Shown here piece after piece: positions 38,901-50,548 of a DNA stretch of 64,000 nucleotides. The stretch is taken from contig NIVC01001874.1 in NCBI GenBank assembly GCA_002269645.1, positions 62,001 through 126,000 of the forward strand. Reading direction: 5' to 3'. The notes below the pieces were generated by a model. That model worked only from the letters and a program-made list of their open reading frames with translations, was not told the DNA's origin and did no database searches. Each line of letters opens with the position of its first letter. Positions within the stretch are counted from its first letter, which is position 1. This DNA comes from Macrostomum lignano (taxonomy: Eukaryota). The position numbers were made by a program, and so were the translations under genes.

Positions 38901-39699
38901 GTCACAAGCGTGACAAGCAGTGTCACAATTTCGACTGTCACCAAAAAATGTGACAGTCCCACTTTCATACGGGTACTCAACTTTGAAGGTCTTTGTCAAC
39001 ATAAATTGCCACGCAGTTTTCCTTAACTCTGTCAGGGCATCAGGTATTCCTGTTGCTGTTGTCATTTTTTGGCACAGGCAACATTGCCAGCATCAACTCG
39101 TGAGCGACCTACCTCTTATTGGTTTTTTTGCTTATCTCACAAATCAGTGTTTAAACTTCATTGACATCTCCTTCGTTGTTTCAGATTTGATACATCCTCT
39201 GTGTACTGCTTCATCACTGTGTTCAGCCCCTTCACCATGGGCTTTCTGATGCTGATCAAGGTGGGTTTGTACTGCTAGTAAACTGGCCCGAGTAATCGCC
39301 CTTCTCACCCCAAATAATCGCCCTTCTCACCCCAAATAATCGCCCTTCTCACCCCAAATAATCGCCCTTCTCACCCCAAATAATCGCCCTTCTCACCCCA
39401 AATAATCGCCCTTCTCACCCCAAATAATCGCCTTTCTCATCCCGCAGATACTACTGCCCATGCTGACAGTAGGCATGGCATTCGCCATTCTGGCCCGCTC
39501 GCTCCTGGTGCTGGAGGTGCTGCTGTTCTCGGACATTCTGGCCGTGCATTTCTTCTTGCAAATCCGAGACCACGGCTCTTGGCTGGACATTGGGACCAGC
39601 ATCGGGCACTATGTAGTTGTCATGGCAACAACCGTAGCGTCTGTGGCTCTGCTAGCTGCTTCTAGGCTGCTGCTGCACCAGAGGAGTCGGCAACTCTGA
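23944..39699 (+). CDS. PIGN: GPI ethanolamine phosphate transferase 1 (PIG-N/Mcd4), 14 coding exons: 23944-24209, 25704-25825, 28304-28503, 28657-28778, 29156-29513, 32458-32688, 33427-33506, 34681-34856, 35502-35892, 36830-36914, 37198-37638, 39044-39099, 39185-39260, 39448-39699; start-codon exon not firmly located
   Basis: All 13 introns are GT-AG and phase-consistent, giving 2856 nt (951 aa plus stop). Motifs: [45 protein letters not shown] (catalytic Thr), [61 protein letters not shown]. Confidence 0.96.
25135..25692. repeat. Intronic minisatellite, 39-bp unit TCATCACCCCGTGACTGCATGTACTCTTACCCCCGGATC
   Basis: About 14 copies ending 11 nt before the acceptor at 25703. Confidence 0.96.
25950..28170. 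repeat. Intronic minisatellite, 26-bp unit ATGATCATCAGCCCTAAACACCAACT, with 13-bp monomers (CCCTGAACATCCG) at the edges
   Basis: About 80 copies in PIGN intron 2. Confidence 0.97.
28875..29075. repeat. Intronic minisatellite, 38-bp unit CAGAGGTCATTGACCCCTGACCCAACTGTAAGGCGTCA
   Basis: About 5 copies. Confidence 0.92.
29520..30315. repeat. Intronic minisatellite, 23-bp unit TTCCTGTGACCCAACCTGTGCCC
   Basis: About 34 copies starting 7 nt after the 29514 donor. Confidence 0.97.
31640..32457. repeat. Intronic minisatellite, 22-bp unit ACCGGAATCCCCAATCGCTCAA
   Basis: About 37 copies; the last unit ends in the acceptor ...CTCACACCAG. Confidence 0.96.
32694..32985. repeat. Two adjacent G-rich 20-bp minisatellites (GGGTTGGGCTTTGGTGGGAT; GGAGTGACGCTGGGAAGGAA)
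   Basis: Begin directly after the donor at 32689. Confidence 0.94.
33510..34660. repeat. Intronic minisatellite, 20-bp unit ATTACAGTCAGCTCAGACAC
   Basis: About 57 copies filling ~98% of PIGN intron 7 (33507-34680). Confidence 0.97.
34888..35370. repeat. Intronic minisatellite, 16-bp unit GAGATTGAGTCAGGGT
   Basis: About 30 copies. Confidence 0.95.
35905..36710. repeat. Intronic minisatellite, 32-bp unit GCTGGGATTGGGTCTGCTGTGTGACTCCCGGT, split by a solo LTR
   Basis: Copies at 35905-36037 and 36395-36710. Confidence 0.95.
36038..36394 (-). mobile_element. Putative solo LTR, 357 bp, TG...CA ends, 5-bp target-site duplication GCTGC
   Basis: GCTGC|TGTCAAG...CACCTCA|GCTGC. Removing the element and one TSD copy restores the repeat variant GGTGCTGCAATTGGG. 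TATATA on the minus strand suggests the orientation. Confidence 0.8.
37680..37950. repeat. Intronic 36-bp minisatellite CTCAGGTCTTTGTTGGTGGGTTATTGACCCCTGACC
   Basis: About 7 diverged copies. Confidence 0.88.
37967..38973. mobile_element. TA-flanked MITE/foldback element with internal GTGACA/TGTCAC subrepeat arrays
   Basis: TA|CCCCGTATAAAAGTGGCACTGTCACATTTT ... AAAATGTGACAGTCCCACTTTCATACGGG|TA. Subrepeats at 37985-38170 are inverted relative to those at 38480-38950. Confidence 0.8.
39293..39447. repeat. Intronic minisatellite, 22-bp unit TAATCGCCCTTCTCACCCCAAA
   Basis: About 7 copies; the last one is the acceptor variant TAATCGCCTTTCTCATCCCGCAG. Confidence 0.95.
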
Positions 39700-39707
39700 G
39701 TTACTAG

Positions 39708-41190
39708 ACTCTGGGATCTAGGACCTAGGATCTGGGATTTAGGATCTGGGACCTAGGATCTGGGATTTAGGATCTGGGACCTAGGATCTGGGATTTAGGA
39801 TCGGGGATCTAGGATTTGGGATTGGGGATCTAAGATCAGGAATCTGGGATCTAAGAGCTGGGATCTAGGATCTAGGATCTGGAATCTAAGATCTAGGATC
39901 TAGGATCGGAGATCAGGGATTTGAGATCTAGGATCGGGGATCTAGGATCTGGGATCTGGGATCTAGGATCTAGGATCTGGGATCTGGGATCTAGGATCTA
40001 GGATCTGGGATCCAGGATCTGGGATCTAGGATCTAGGATCTGGGATCTAGGATCTGGGATCTAGGATCTGGGATCTGGGATCTAGGATCTGGGATCTAGG
40101 ATCTAGGATCTAGGATCTGGGATCTAGGATCTGGAATCTAGGATCTGGGATCTAGGATCTGGGATCTAGGATCTGGGATCTAGGATCTGGGATCTGGGAT
40201 CTAGGATCTAGGATCTAGGATCTAGGATTTGAGATCTAAGGTCTGGGATCTAGAATCTAGGATCTAGGATCTAGGATCTAGGATCTGGGATCTAGGATCT
40301 GGGATCTAGGATCTGGGATCTAGGATCTGGGATCTAGGATCTGGGATCTAGGATCTGGGATCTAGGATCTGGGATCTGGGATCTAGGATCTGGGATCTAG
40401 GATCTGGGATCTAGGATCTGGGATCTAGGATCTGGGATCTAGGATCTGGGATCTAGGATCTGGGATCTAGGATCTGGGATCTAGGATTTAGGATCTGGGA
40501 TCGGGGATCAGGGATTTGAGATCTAGGATCGGGGATCAGGGATTTGAGATCTAGGATCGGGGATCAGGGATTTGAGATCTAGGATCGGGGATCAGGGATT
40601 TGAGATCTAGGATCGGGGATCAGGGATTTGAGATCTAGGATCGGGGATCAGGGATTTGAGATCTAGGATCGGGGATCAGGGATTTGAGATCTAGGATCGG
40701 GGATCAGGGATTTGAGATCTAGGATCGGGGATCAGGGATCGGAGATCAGGGATCGGGGATCAGGGATCGGAGATCAGGGATCGGAGATCAGGGATCGGGG
40801 ATCTAGGATTTAGGATCTGGAATCTAAGATCTAGGATCTGGAATCTAAGATCTAGGATCTAGGATCGGGGATCATGGATTTGAGATCTAGGATCGGGGAT
40901 CAGGGATCGGAGATCAGGGATCGGGGATCAGGGATCGGAGATCAGGGATCGGAGATCAGGGATCGGGGATCTAGGATTTAGGATCTGGAATCTAAGATCT
41001 AGGATCTGGAATCTAAGATCTAGGATCTAGGATCGGGGATCATGGATTTGAGATCTAGGATCGGGGATCAGGGATTTGAGATCTAGGATCGGGGATCGTG
41101 AATCTAGGATCAGGGATCAGGGATATATAATCTGGGATTTGGGATCGGGGATCTAGGGTCTAAGATATAGGATCTGGGATTGAGGATCTT
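39708..41190. repeat. GGATCT/GGGATCT-based complex microsatellite (6/7/13-bp and 31-bp higher-order units)
   Basis: Starts about 9 nt after the PIGN stop codon. Confidence 0.95.
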
Positions 41191-41823
41191 TTCTTGTGGT
41201 GGACATTAAATTAAATTAAATTAAAAATGAATGAATTTCACTCGGAGGCTCTGAGCCCACTGATGCGCTGTGCATTTCGCTGGCCTTTGGCTCTGTTTTT
41301 ACTCGCTTATTTAAATAATTTTTGTTTTAACGCAGCAGAACGCAGTGCCGGAAACGGCAGAGATTCAAATACACAAGCCTATACGAGCTACAAAATTGTC
41401 TCTCACTGCAGATAAAAATCAAGTGTAGAATAACAAAAAATGTTTTAATTTCACTTATCCCAGCTGTTTGAATTAATTAAATTGAATTGTCATCTTCAAA
41501 TTGACATTAAAATATTAGCTGATGAAAATTGTGACAGGGTTCAGTGCTTAGGGCCTTGGCCTGCCCATCCCCCACCCCAATGCAAGCTGCGCCATAGGCA
41601 AAACTCCTGATTAAATAGCTTTAATTCAGTTTATTAACTTCATTTCAATTAGGATCTCTCATTATTTAATCTGATTGTGTGTCACCCACCTGCCACTCCG
41701 CGCCCACCTTAGAGCCCTCACCTGAGATGTCTCTGGGCTTTCACACCTGCTGTCGCTGCCGCTTGTTGTTGCTGCTTCTGCTCAGGTGCAGCTAGAAGTC
41801 AATTGCTTCTGTTTTTCTGTTAT

Positions 41824-42090
41824 GGGGTTGTAGCCTAGTGGTCAGAGTGCCGGACTCACTACTTGAAGGTCGGAGGTTCGATTCCCGATCCCACTGAAAC
41901 AATTCGTGTCCTTGAGCAAGACACTTAAATCTGCTTAGCTTCAGTTCACCCAGCTGTAAAATGGGTGCCAGCATTAGCTGGGGTAATTGAGGGTGTGCGT
42001 GGCGACCCCCCAGTCCTTGGACTGAACAGCCGTACGCAGCCTTCAGATGCGCCACGCAATAGCTGCGGCTGAGCTGTCGGTTGCGCATCT
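41824..42090 (+). mobile_element. tRNA-derived SINE with CORE-like central domain
   Basis: A box TAGCCTAGTGG (41831), B box GGTTCGATTCC (41875), then GTGTCCTTGAGCAAGACACTTAA...CTGTAAAATGGG, resembling the MIR/CORE block. A second copy lies at 52277-52540. Confidence 0.85.
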
Positions 42091-43439
42091 GGCCTAATTG
42101 GGGCAGGTGTAATCAATTATTATTACTCTGTTTGAAGTGTTTTTCAGTAGCGCTCTTCTTACTGTGCTGGTATTCGCTCAGTACCCTATTACGCAGGCAA
42201 CCCTACCGGCGGGAACGTGTGTTTTGGGATGTCTGCAAGTGTGAGCTGTATTTCGGGATCTCTTATTGAATGTTTATTCTAGGATTTTTAATTGCTAGAG
42301 ATACGAAGCTCTACTCGGGATGAAGTTGTTTGCTGTTTACGGATTCTGCACGGCTCGCCCGCATTCGCGTCTCTCTCTCTCTCGCACGCACTCCTACGCA
42401 CTGCAACAGGTGTGCTGGGCTCAATGCTGCAGCGCCTGCTAATATCGCTAATGCAGCATGTGCCACTAAGCTCAATTTTGTCTCCGGTGTTAAATGAGCC
42501 GACCTAATCATCATATGCCAGGTGAACTCTCAAGATTTCCCAAGTGCACATATACACACCAGCCTTTTGCCAGCCTTTACTACTAGTATATTCCTTAATA
42601 AAGCAGACGACTTGCCCATTGAAAATCTCGCTCGGATGTCCATAGTCGACTGATGCTACCCGTTGAAGGTCCAGAAGCTCCGCCTGGGTGAAGGCCAGTG
42701 ACCAACGAAGTCAGGTTGACGTGCTGATGAAATTTGGAGGCTTGGGAAGGCCGCACCGAGGCGCAGTGCTGATTGGCGCACAGAGGTGTACTGAATGCAC
42801 TGGCGCTTATGGGAAAATCCGACCTGGCAGAATCGTTGAATGTCTGGACGGTCCGGAGGGCTGGCGACTTGATTCTTGTTTGAGAAGGTGCGCAACAAAA
42901 AGTTGGACCGTGTTCTGGTGTTTTGTGTGCCTGCGTTGCTTCCGTTCCGGCGCAGCAAAAAACTGTCGATGGGGGACCCCCTTGGCACGAGTAGTTCGAC
43001 TGTTAAAGCGAGGATATTTGGTCCAGTTTTATAACGATCAATAGTTTGCACATGTGAGTTTAGTTAGTTCGCTTCTACGAGCTAAGTTTGCTCGATGTTT
43101 TGACCTTAGCGAGCCTCGAAGCCAGATGTGTACTTCATTTTATTGTGTAGTTCACATGTACTTGTGAATTGTAAAACTGGGGGGGATGCTTAGTACATGT
43201 CGGCTAGTATCTGGGCAGACCTGAAAGCAGCTCTCGTTTACCATTCCCGCCACGTCTGCCTGTTTCTGTGCTGTAAAAAAATTGCCGCCAGGATATTTTT
43301 AGAGTTTTTCCCAGACTTCAAAGTGAAAATAATTTTATAGCGGCGTAGCAACCGAACCACTTCGAGTATCGCCACCTGGGCTCCAAGAAGCCAAATCGAT
43401 TTTCCCTAATCGTTTTTCTTGATCTGCTTCTTTTGAGCC

Positions 43440-43990
43440 TTCCATCTCTCACACCTGCATCCCCACCCTGAGCCTCTCCCCCGCCACCTCTCATCTGCAT
43501 CCCCACCCTGTGCCTCTCTCCATCTCTCACACCTGCATCCCCACCCTGTGCCTCTCCCCCGCCACCTCTCACCTGCATCCCCACCCTGTGCCTCTCCCCC
43601 GCCACCTCTCTCACCTGCATCCCCACCCTGTGCCTCTCTCCATCTCTCACACCTGCATCCCCACCCTGTGCCTCTCCCCCGCCACCTCTCACCTGCATCC
43701 CCACCCTGTGCCTCCCCCGCCACCTCTCATCTGCATCCCCACCCTGTGCCTCTCCCCCGCCACCTCTCACCTGCATCCCCACCCTGTGCCTCTCCCCCGC
43801 CACCTCTCACCTGCATCCCCACCCTGTGCCTCTCCCCCGCCACCTCTCACCTGCATCCCCACCCTGTGCCTCCCCCGCCACCTCTCACCTGCATCCCCAC
43901 CCTGTGCCTCTCCCCCACCACCTCTCACCTGCATCCCCACCCTGTGCCTCCCCCGCCACCTCTCACCTGCATCCCCACCCTGTGCCTCCC
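43440..43990. repeat. C-rich ~40-bp minisatellite (CTCTCACCTGCATCCCCACCCTGTGCCTCTCCCCCGCCAC)
   Basis: Direct reading. Confidence 0.94.
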
Positions 43991-46900
43991 ATGCTGTGCC
44001 TCTCCGCTCCCTGTAGTACAGACTTCACTATGTTTCTCACCATATTGACAATATTGCCCATTTAAAAGTACGGCAGCAAACCTGCAGCTGCCGCCTAGTT
44101 TTCTAAGCGCACTCGTCTGCTTCTCGCGCTTGATTTCCCAGTAACAGCTCGCATATTCAATACCGAACTTCTCACAAACTCATTTGCATTGTCAAACGCT
44201 GTTTTTATTTATAAATAATTTCTGGCTAGCATGGAAATATAGAGGAAGCCGGAAAATAGAATATTCGGAAGCTCAAAACAGCCAGTTCAAAACATGTAGC
44301 TTTTTGTTCTTTTTTGTTCACGGCGTAACGAAGTTGCTAGCCAAGTGATGGTGCTGTGCTAGCCGTGATGTAGGTGATGGTGCTAGACAGGTAGGTGATG
44401 GTGCTAGACAGGTAGGTGATGGTGCTATAGACAGGTAGGTGATGATGCTATAGACAGGTAGATGATGGTGCTAGACAGGTAGGTGATGATGCTATAGACA
44501 GGTAGATGATGGTGCTAGACAGGTAGGTGATGGTGCTATAGACAGGTAGGTGATGGTGCTATAGACAGGTAGGTGATGGTGCTATAGACAGGTAGGTGAT
44601 GGTGCTATAGACAGGTAGGTGATGATGCTATAGACAGGTAGATGATGGTGCTAGACAGGTAGGTGATGGTGCTATAGACAGGTAGGTGATGGTGCTATAG
44701 ACAGGTAGGTGATGGTGCTATAGACAGGTAGATGATGGTGCTAGACAGGTAGGTGATGGTGCTATAGACAGGTAGGTGATGGTGCTATAGACAGGTAGGT
44801 GATGGTGCTATAGACAGGTAGGTGATGGTGCTATAGACAGGTAGGTGATGGTGCTATAGACAGGTAGATGATGGTGCTAGACAGGTAGGTGATGGTGCTA
44901 TAGACAGGTAGGTGATGGTGCTATAGACAGGTAGGTGATGGTGCTATAGACAGGTAGGTGATGATGCTATAGACAGGTAGATGATGGTGCTAGACAGGTA
45001 GGTGATGGTGCTATAGACAGGTAGGTGATGGTGCTATAGACAGGTAGGTGATGGTGCTATAGACAGGTAGGTGATGGTGCTAGACAAGTAGGTGATGGTG
45101 CTAGACAGGTAGATGATGGTGCTGGACAAGTAGGTGATGGTGCTAGACAGGTAGATGATGGTGCTATAGACAGGTAGGTGATGGTGCTATAGACAGGTAG
45201 GTGATGGTGCTATAGACAGGTAGATGATGGTGCTGGACAAGTAGGTGATGGTGCTATAGACAGGTAGGTGATGGTGCTATAGACAGGTAGGTGATGGTGC
45301 TATAGACAGGTAGATGATGGTGCTGGACAAGTAGGTGATGGTGCTATAGACAGGTAGGTGATGGTGCTATAGACAGGTAGGTGATGGTGCTATAGACAGG
45401 TAGATGATGGTGCTAGACAGGTAGGTGATGGTGCTATAGACAGGTAGGTGATGGTGCTATAGACAGGTAGGTGATGGTGCTATAGACAGGTAGGTGATGG
45501 TGCTATAGACAGGTAGGTGATGGTGCTAGACAAGTAGGTGATGGTGCTAGACAGGTAGATGATGGTGCTGGACAAGTAGGTGATGGTGCTAGACAGGTAG
45601 ATGATGGTGCTATAGACAGGTAGGTGATGGTGCTATAGACAGGTAGGTGATGGTGCTATAGACAGGTAGATGATGGTGCTGGACAAGTAGGTGATGGTGC
45701 TATAGACAGGTAGGTGATGGTGCTATAGACAGGTAGGTGATGGTGCTATAGACAGGTAGATGATGGTGCTGGACAAGTAGGTGATGGTGCTATAGACAGG
45801 TAGGTGATGGTGCTATAGACAGGTAGGTGATGGTGCTATAGACAGGTAGATGATGGTGCTGGACAAGTAGGTGATGGTGCTATAGACAGGTAGGTGATGG
45901 TGCTATAGACAGGTAGGTGATGGTGCTATAGACAGGTAGATGATGGTGCTAGACAGGTAGGTGATGGTGCTATAGACAGGTAGGTGATGGTGCTATAGAC
46001 AGGTAGGTGATGGTGCTATAGACAGGTAGGTGATGGTGCTATAGACAGGTAGGTGATGGTGCTAGACAAGTAGGTGATGGTGCTAGACAGGTAGATGATG
46101 GTGCTGGACAAGTAGGTGATGGTGCTAGACAGGTAGATGATGGTGCTATAGACAGGTAGGTGATGGTGCTATAGACAGGTAGGTGATGGTGCTATAGACA
46201 GGTAGATGATGGTGCTGGACAAGTAGGTGATGGTGCTATAGACAGGTAGGTGATGGTGCTATAGACAGGTAGGTGATGGTGCTATAGACAGGTAGATGAT
46301 GGTGCTGGACAAGTAGGTGATGGTGCTATAGACAGGTAGGTGATGGTGCTATAGACAGGTAGGTGATGGTGCTATAGACAGGTAGATGATGGTGCTGGAC
46401 AAGTAGGTGATGGTGCTATAGACAGGTAGGTGATGGTGCTATAGACAGGTAGGTGATGGTGCTATAGACAGGTAGATGATGGTGCTGGACAAGTAGGTGA
46501 TGGTGCTATAGACAGGTAGGTGATGGTGCTATAGACAGGTAGGTGATGGTGCTATAGACAGGTAGATGATGGTGCTAGACAGGTAGGTGATGGTGCTATA
46601 GACAGGTAGGTGATGGTGCTATAGACAGGTAGGTGATGGTGCTAGACAAGTAGGTGATGGTGCTAGACAGGTAGATGATGGTGCTGGACAAGTAGGTGAT
46701 GGTGCTAGACAGGTAGATGATGGTGCTATAGACAGGTAGGTGATGGTGCTATAGACAGGTAGGTGATGGTGCTATAGACAGGTAGATGATGGTGCTATAG
46801 ACAGGTAGATGATGGTGCTGGACAAGTAGGTGATGGTGCTATAGACAGGTAGGTGATGGTGCTATAGACAGGTAGGTGATGGTGCTATAGACAGGTAGAT

Positions 46901-49198
46901 GATGGTGCTGGACAAGTAGGTGATGGTGCTATAGACAGGTAGGTGATGGTGCTATAGACAGGTAGGTGATGGTGCTATAGACAGGTAGATGATGGTGCTG
47001 GACAAGTAGGTGATGGTGCTATAGACAGGTAGGTGATGGTGCTATAGACAGGTAGGTGATGGTGCTATAGACAGGTAGGTGATGGTGCTATAGACAGGTA
47101 GGTGATGGTGCTATAGACAGGTAGATGATGGTGCTGGACAAGTAGGTGATGGTGCTATAGACAGGTAGATGATGGTGCTGGACAAGTAGGTGATGGTGCT
47201 ATAGACAGGTAGGTGATGGTGCTATAGACAGGTAGGTGATGGTGCTATAGACAGGTAGGTGATGGTGCTAGACAAGTAGGTGATGGTGCTAGACAGGTAG
47301 ATGATGGTGCTGGACAAGTAGGTGATGGTGCTAGACAGGTAGATGATGGTGCTATAGACAGGTAGGTGATGGTGCTATAGACAGGTAGGTGATGGTGCTA
47401 TAGACAGGTAGATGATGGTGCTGGACAAGTAGGTGATGGTGCTATAGACAGGTAGGTGATGGTGCTATAGACAGGTAGGTGATGGTGCTATAGACAGGTA
47501 GATGATGGTGCTGGACAAGTAGGTGATGGTGCTATAGACAGGTAGGTGATGGTGCTATAGACAGGTAGGTGATGGTGCTATAGACAGGTAGATGATGGTG
47601 CTGGACAAGTAGGTGATGGTGCTATAGACAGGTAGGTGATGGTGCTATAGACAGGTAGGTGATGGTGCTATAGACAGGTAGATGATGGTGCTGGACAAGT
47701 AGGTGATGGTGCTATAGACAGGTAGGTGATGGTGCTATAGACAGGTAGGTGATGGTGCTATAGACAGGTAGATGATGGTGCTAGACAGGTAGGTGATGGT
47801 GCTATAGACAGGTAGGTGATGGTGCTATAGACAGGTAGGTGATGGTGCTAGACAAGTAGGTGATGGTGCTAGACAGGTAGATGATGGTGCTGGACAAGTA
47901 GGTGATGGTGCTAGACAGGTAGATGATGGTGCTATAGACAGGTAGGTGATGGTGCTATAGACAGGTAGGTGATGGTGCTATAGACAGGTAGATGATGGTG
48001 CTGGACAAGTAGGTGATGGTGCTATAGACAGGTAGGTGATGGTGCTATAGACAGGTAGGTGATGGTGCTATAGACAGGTAGATGATGGTGCTGGACAAGT
48101 AGGTGATGGTGCTATAGACAGGTAGGTGATGGTGCTATAGACAGGTAGGTGATGGTGCTATAGACAGGTAGATGATGGTGCTGGACAAGTAGGTGATGGT
48201 GCTATAGACAGGTAGGTGATGGTGCTATAGACAGGTAGGTGATGGTGCTATAGACAGGTAGATGATGGTGCTGGACAAGTAGGTGATGGTGCTATAGACA
48301 GGTAGGTGATGGTGCTATAGACAGGTAGGTGATGGTGCTATAGACAGGTAGATGATGGTGCTAGACAGGTAGGTGATGGTGCTATAGACAGGTAGGTGAT
48401 GGTGCTATAGACAGGTAGGTGATGGTGCTATAGACAGGTAGGTGATGGTGCTAGACAAGTAGGTGATGGTGCTAGACAGGTAGATGATGGTGCTGGACAA
48501 GTAGGTGATGGTGCTAGACAGGTAGATGATGGTGCTATAGACAGGTAGGTGATGGTGCTATAGACAGGTAGGTGATGGTGCTATAGACAGGTAGATGATG
48601 GTGCTGGACAAGTAGGTGATGGTGCTATAGACAGGTAGGTGATGGTGCTATAGACAGGTAGGTGATGGTGCTATAGACAGGTAGGTGATGGTGCTATAGA
48701 CAGGTAGGTGATGGTGCTATAGACAGGTAGATGATGGTGCTGGACAAGTAGGTGATGGTGCTATAGACAGGTAGATGATGGTGCTGGACAAGTAGGTGAT
48801 GGTGCTATAGACAGGTAGGTGATGGTGCTATAGACAGGTAGGTGATTGTGCTATAGACAGGTAGGTGATGGTGCTATAGACAGGTAGATGATGGTGCTGG
48901 ACAAGTAGGTGATGGTGCTATAGACAGGTAGATGATGGTGCTGGACAAGTAGGTGATGGTGCTATAGACAGGTAGGTGATGGTGCTATAGACAGGTAGGT
49001 GATGGTGCTATAGACAGGTAGATGATGGTGCTGGACAAGTAGGTGATGGTGCTATAGACAGGTAGGTGACGGTGCTATAGACAGGTAGATGATGGTGCTG
49101 GACAAGTAGGTGATGGTGCTATAGACAGGTAGGTGATGGTGCTATAGACAGGTAGGTGATGGTGCTATAGACAGGTAGATGATGGTGCTGGACAAGTA

Positions 49199-50548
49199 CT
49201 CCGGCTGTCCGGAAAGTCGCGAGAATGTATTTAAAAAACCAGTCAGAACTATCAGAAAACACGATAACAGCACTAGTTGGTAATGTAATCTTTCCTTGTG
49301 TTGATTACAGCTTGGCAATGGTCAACGAGTCGCTGAACCTCTCTTTTCAAGCAATCTTCGTCAAGGCCTCTTGCCTATTGCAACGCAGCTTCTCGAAATT
49401 GATTGTGGTCGCTGAACACTCGCCTGGAGAAATCAGTCTTCATCCAACTGAACAAAAAACGGTCGCACAAATTGAAGTCTGGGCTGTAAGGACTCTGAAA
49501 CACCAGCTGAACTCCACGGGACTCCATGTACTGCTGCACAGAACGGGCCACGTGAGGTCGCGCATTGTCCCACTGCCAAAGAACATCCGACAGGTGAATT
49601 GGCCTTGACCTGAGAGTACGCCATAGGTCTCCGGTGTGCCGAATGAATTCAACTATGCCATTTGCATCAACAGTTTGCTTTGGGGCTGTGGATTCAATGG
49701 AGAAGCGCTTGTTTGGAGTAAAAGCAACCAGAAGCATTGTCTTTGCATTGCCGACTGAGTGCCTGACAACCTGGGGCCGATGATCCCCTTGGCCAAGCCA
49801 GCACCTGTTGTTTTGCTTTGTGCCAGTGTTGTTCAGGTACACCCACGTCTCATCCTCCACCACGTACTTGTCGCAAAAGTTTTCCATGCCCTTTGTTGTA
49901 AAAAAGCCTGCGGATTTGCTTGGCACAATTGATGCGAGCAGTCTTGTTCTCCTCGGATAGAGCATGCGGAACCCAGACGGCAGAAACGTTTCGAAGGTGC
50001 AAATCCTCAGTCAAAATTTCGTGCACTGTTGTTTTTCCAACTTCCAAAGTCAGCGAGGTCTCGGACACAAACTTTTGGATCCTCTTCAACAAGAGCTCGG
50101 CAGGTTTCGATCAGTTCCGCTGTCCTTGTTGACCGTGGCCGGCCAGTCCGAGGAGCTGAGACCGGGGAAATGCTTCGTCACAGAACTTCGAATACCATCT
50201 GTAAACCGTTGACTGACCTGGTGCAGCATCTCCATAAACTTTAAGCAGCTCGTCATGGCAGCTGAGAGCGGAGATTCCAAGACGGTATCTAGCATAGGCA
50301 TAACCCTGGAAGTCTTCCATTTTGAAGAACTCGCTGTCAAAATTTTCAAGCTTGATCACCGCGTTGCATTTGCTATTGAGCACTTTATACTGAGCTCGCC
50401 CCTGCCCCCAATTTTGCTACTAGAGTAACAAGAATTTTCACCATAGACATCTATGAGTCTATTATTGAAATTTTATGTGTGCCACGTCAACAGCTTGCTG
50501 CTTTCTTGCTTAATTGACACATTCTCACGACTTTCCGGACAGCCGAAG
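49199..50548 (-). mobile_element. Full-length mariner (DD34D) DNA transposon, 1350 bp
   Basis: TA TSD at 49197-49198 and 50549-50550. 30-bp TIRs CTCCGGCTGTCCGGAAAGTCGCGAGAATGT / ACATTCTCACGACTTTCCGGACAGCCGAAG differ at 2 positions. Confidence 0.96.
49273..50320 (-). pseudogene. Mariner transposase, disrupted (about three frameshifts plus a TAG at 49375-49377)
   Basis: HTH start MEDFQGYAYARYRLG..VYRWYSKF, then PRTGRP, WVPHAL, DETW, DNARPH and YSPDFNLCD, with exactly 34 residues between the second and third D. Confidence 0.93.

Larger units (their letters stand above)
37639..39043 (+). other. U12-type (minor spliceosome) GT-AG intron of PIGN
   Basis: 5' splice site GTATCCTTG (37639). Branch site TTTTCCTTAAC (39017-39027) about 17 nt before the AG at 39042-39043. 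Splicing restores ...RQNLCF|[19 protein letters not shown]. Confidence 0.88.

Noticed and set aside
39034-39035. Alternative acceptor for the U12 intron
   Set aside because: Out of frame; the AG at 39042-39043 restores the conserved PIGN sequence.
41824-41895. tRNA gene
   Set aside because: A and B boxes are present, but they continue into a SINE body that is duplicated at 52277-52540; no convincing full cloverleaf.
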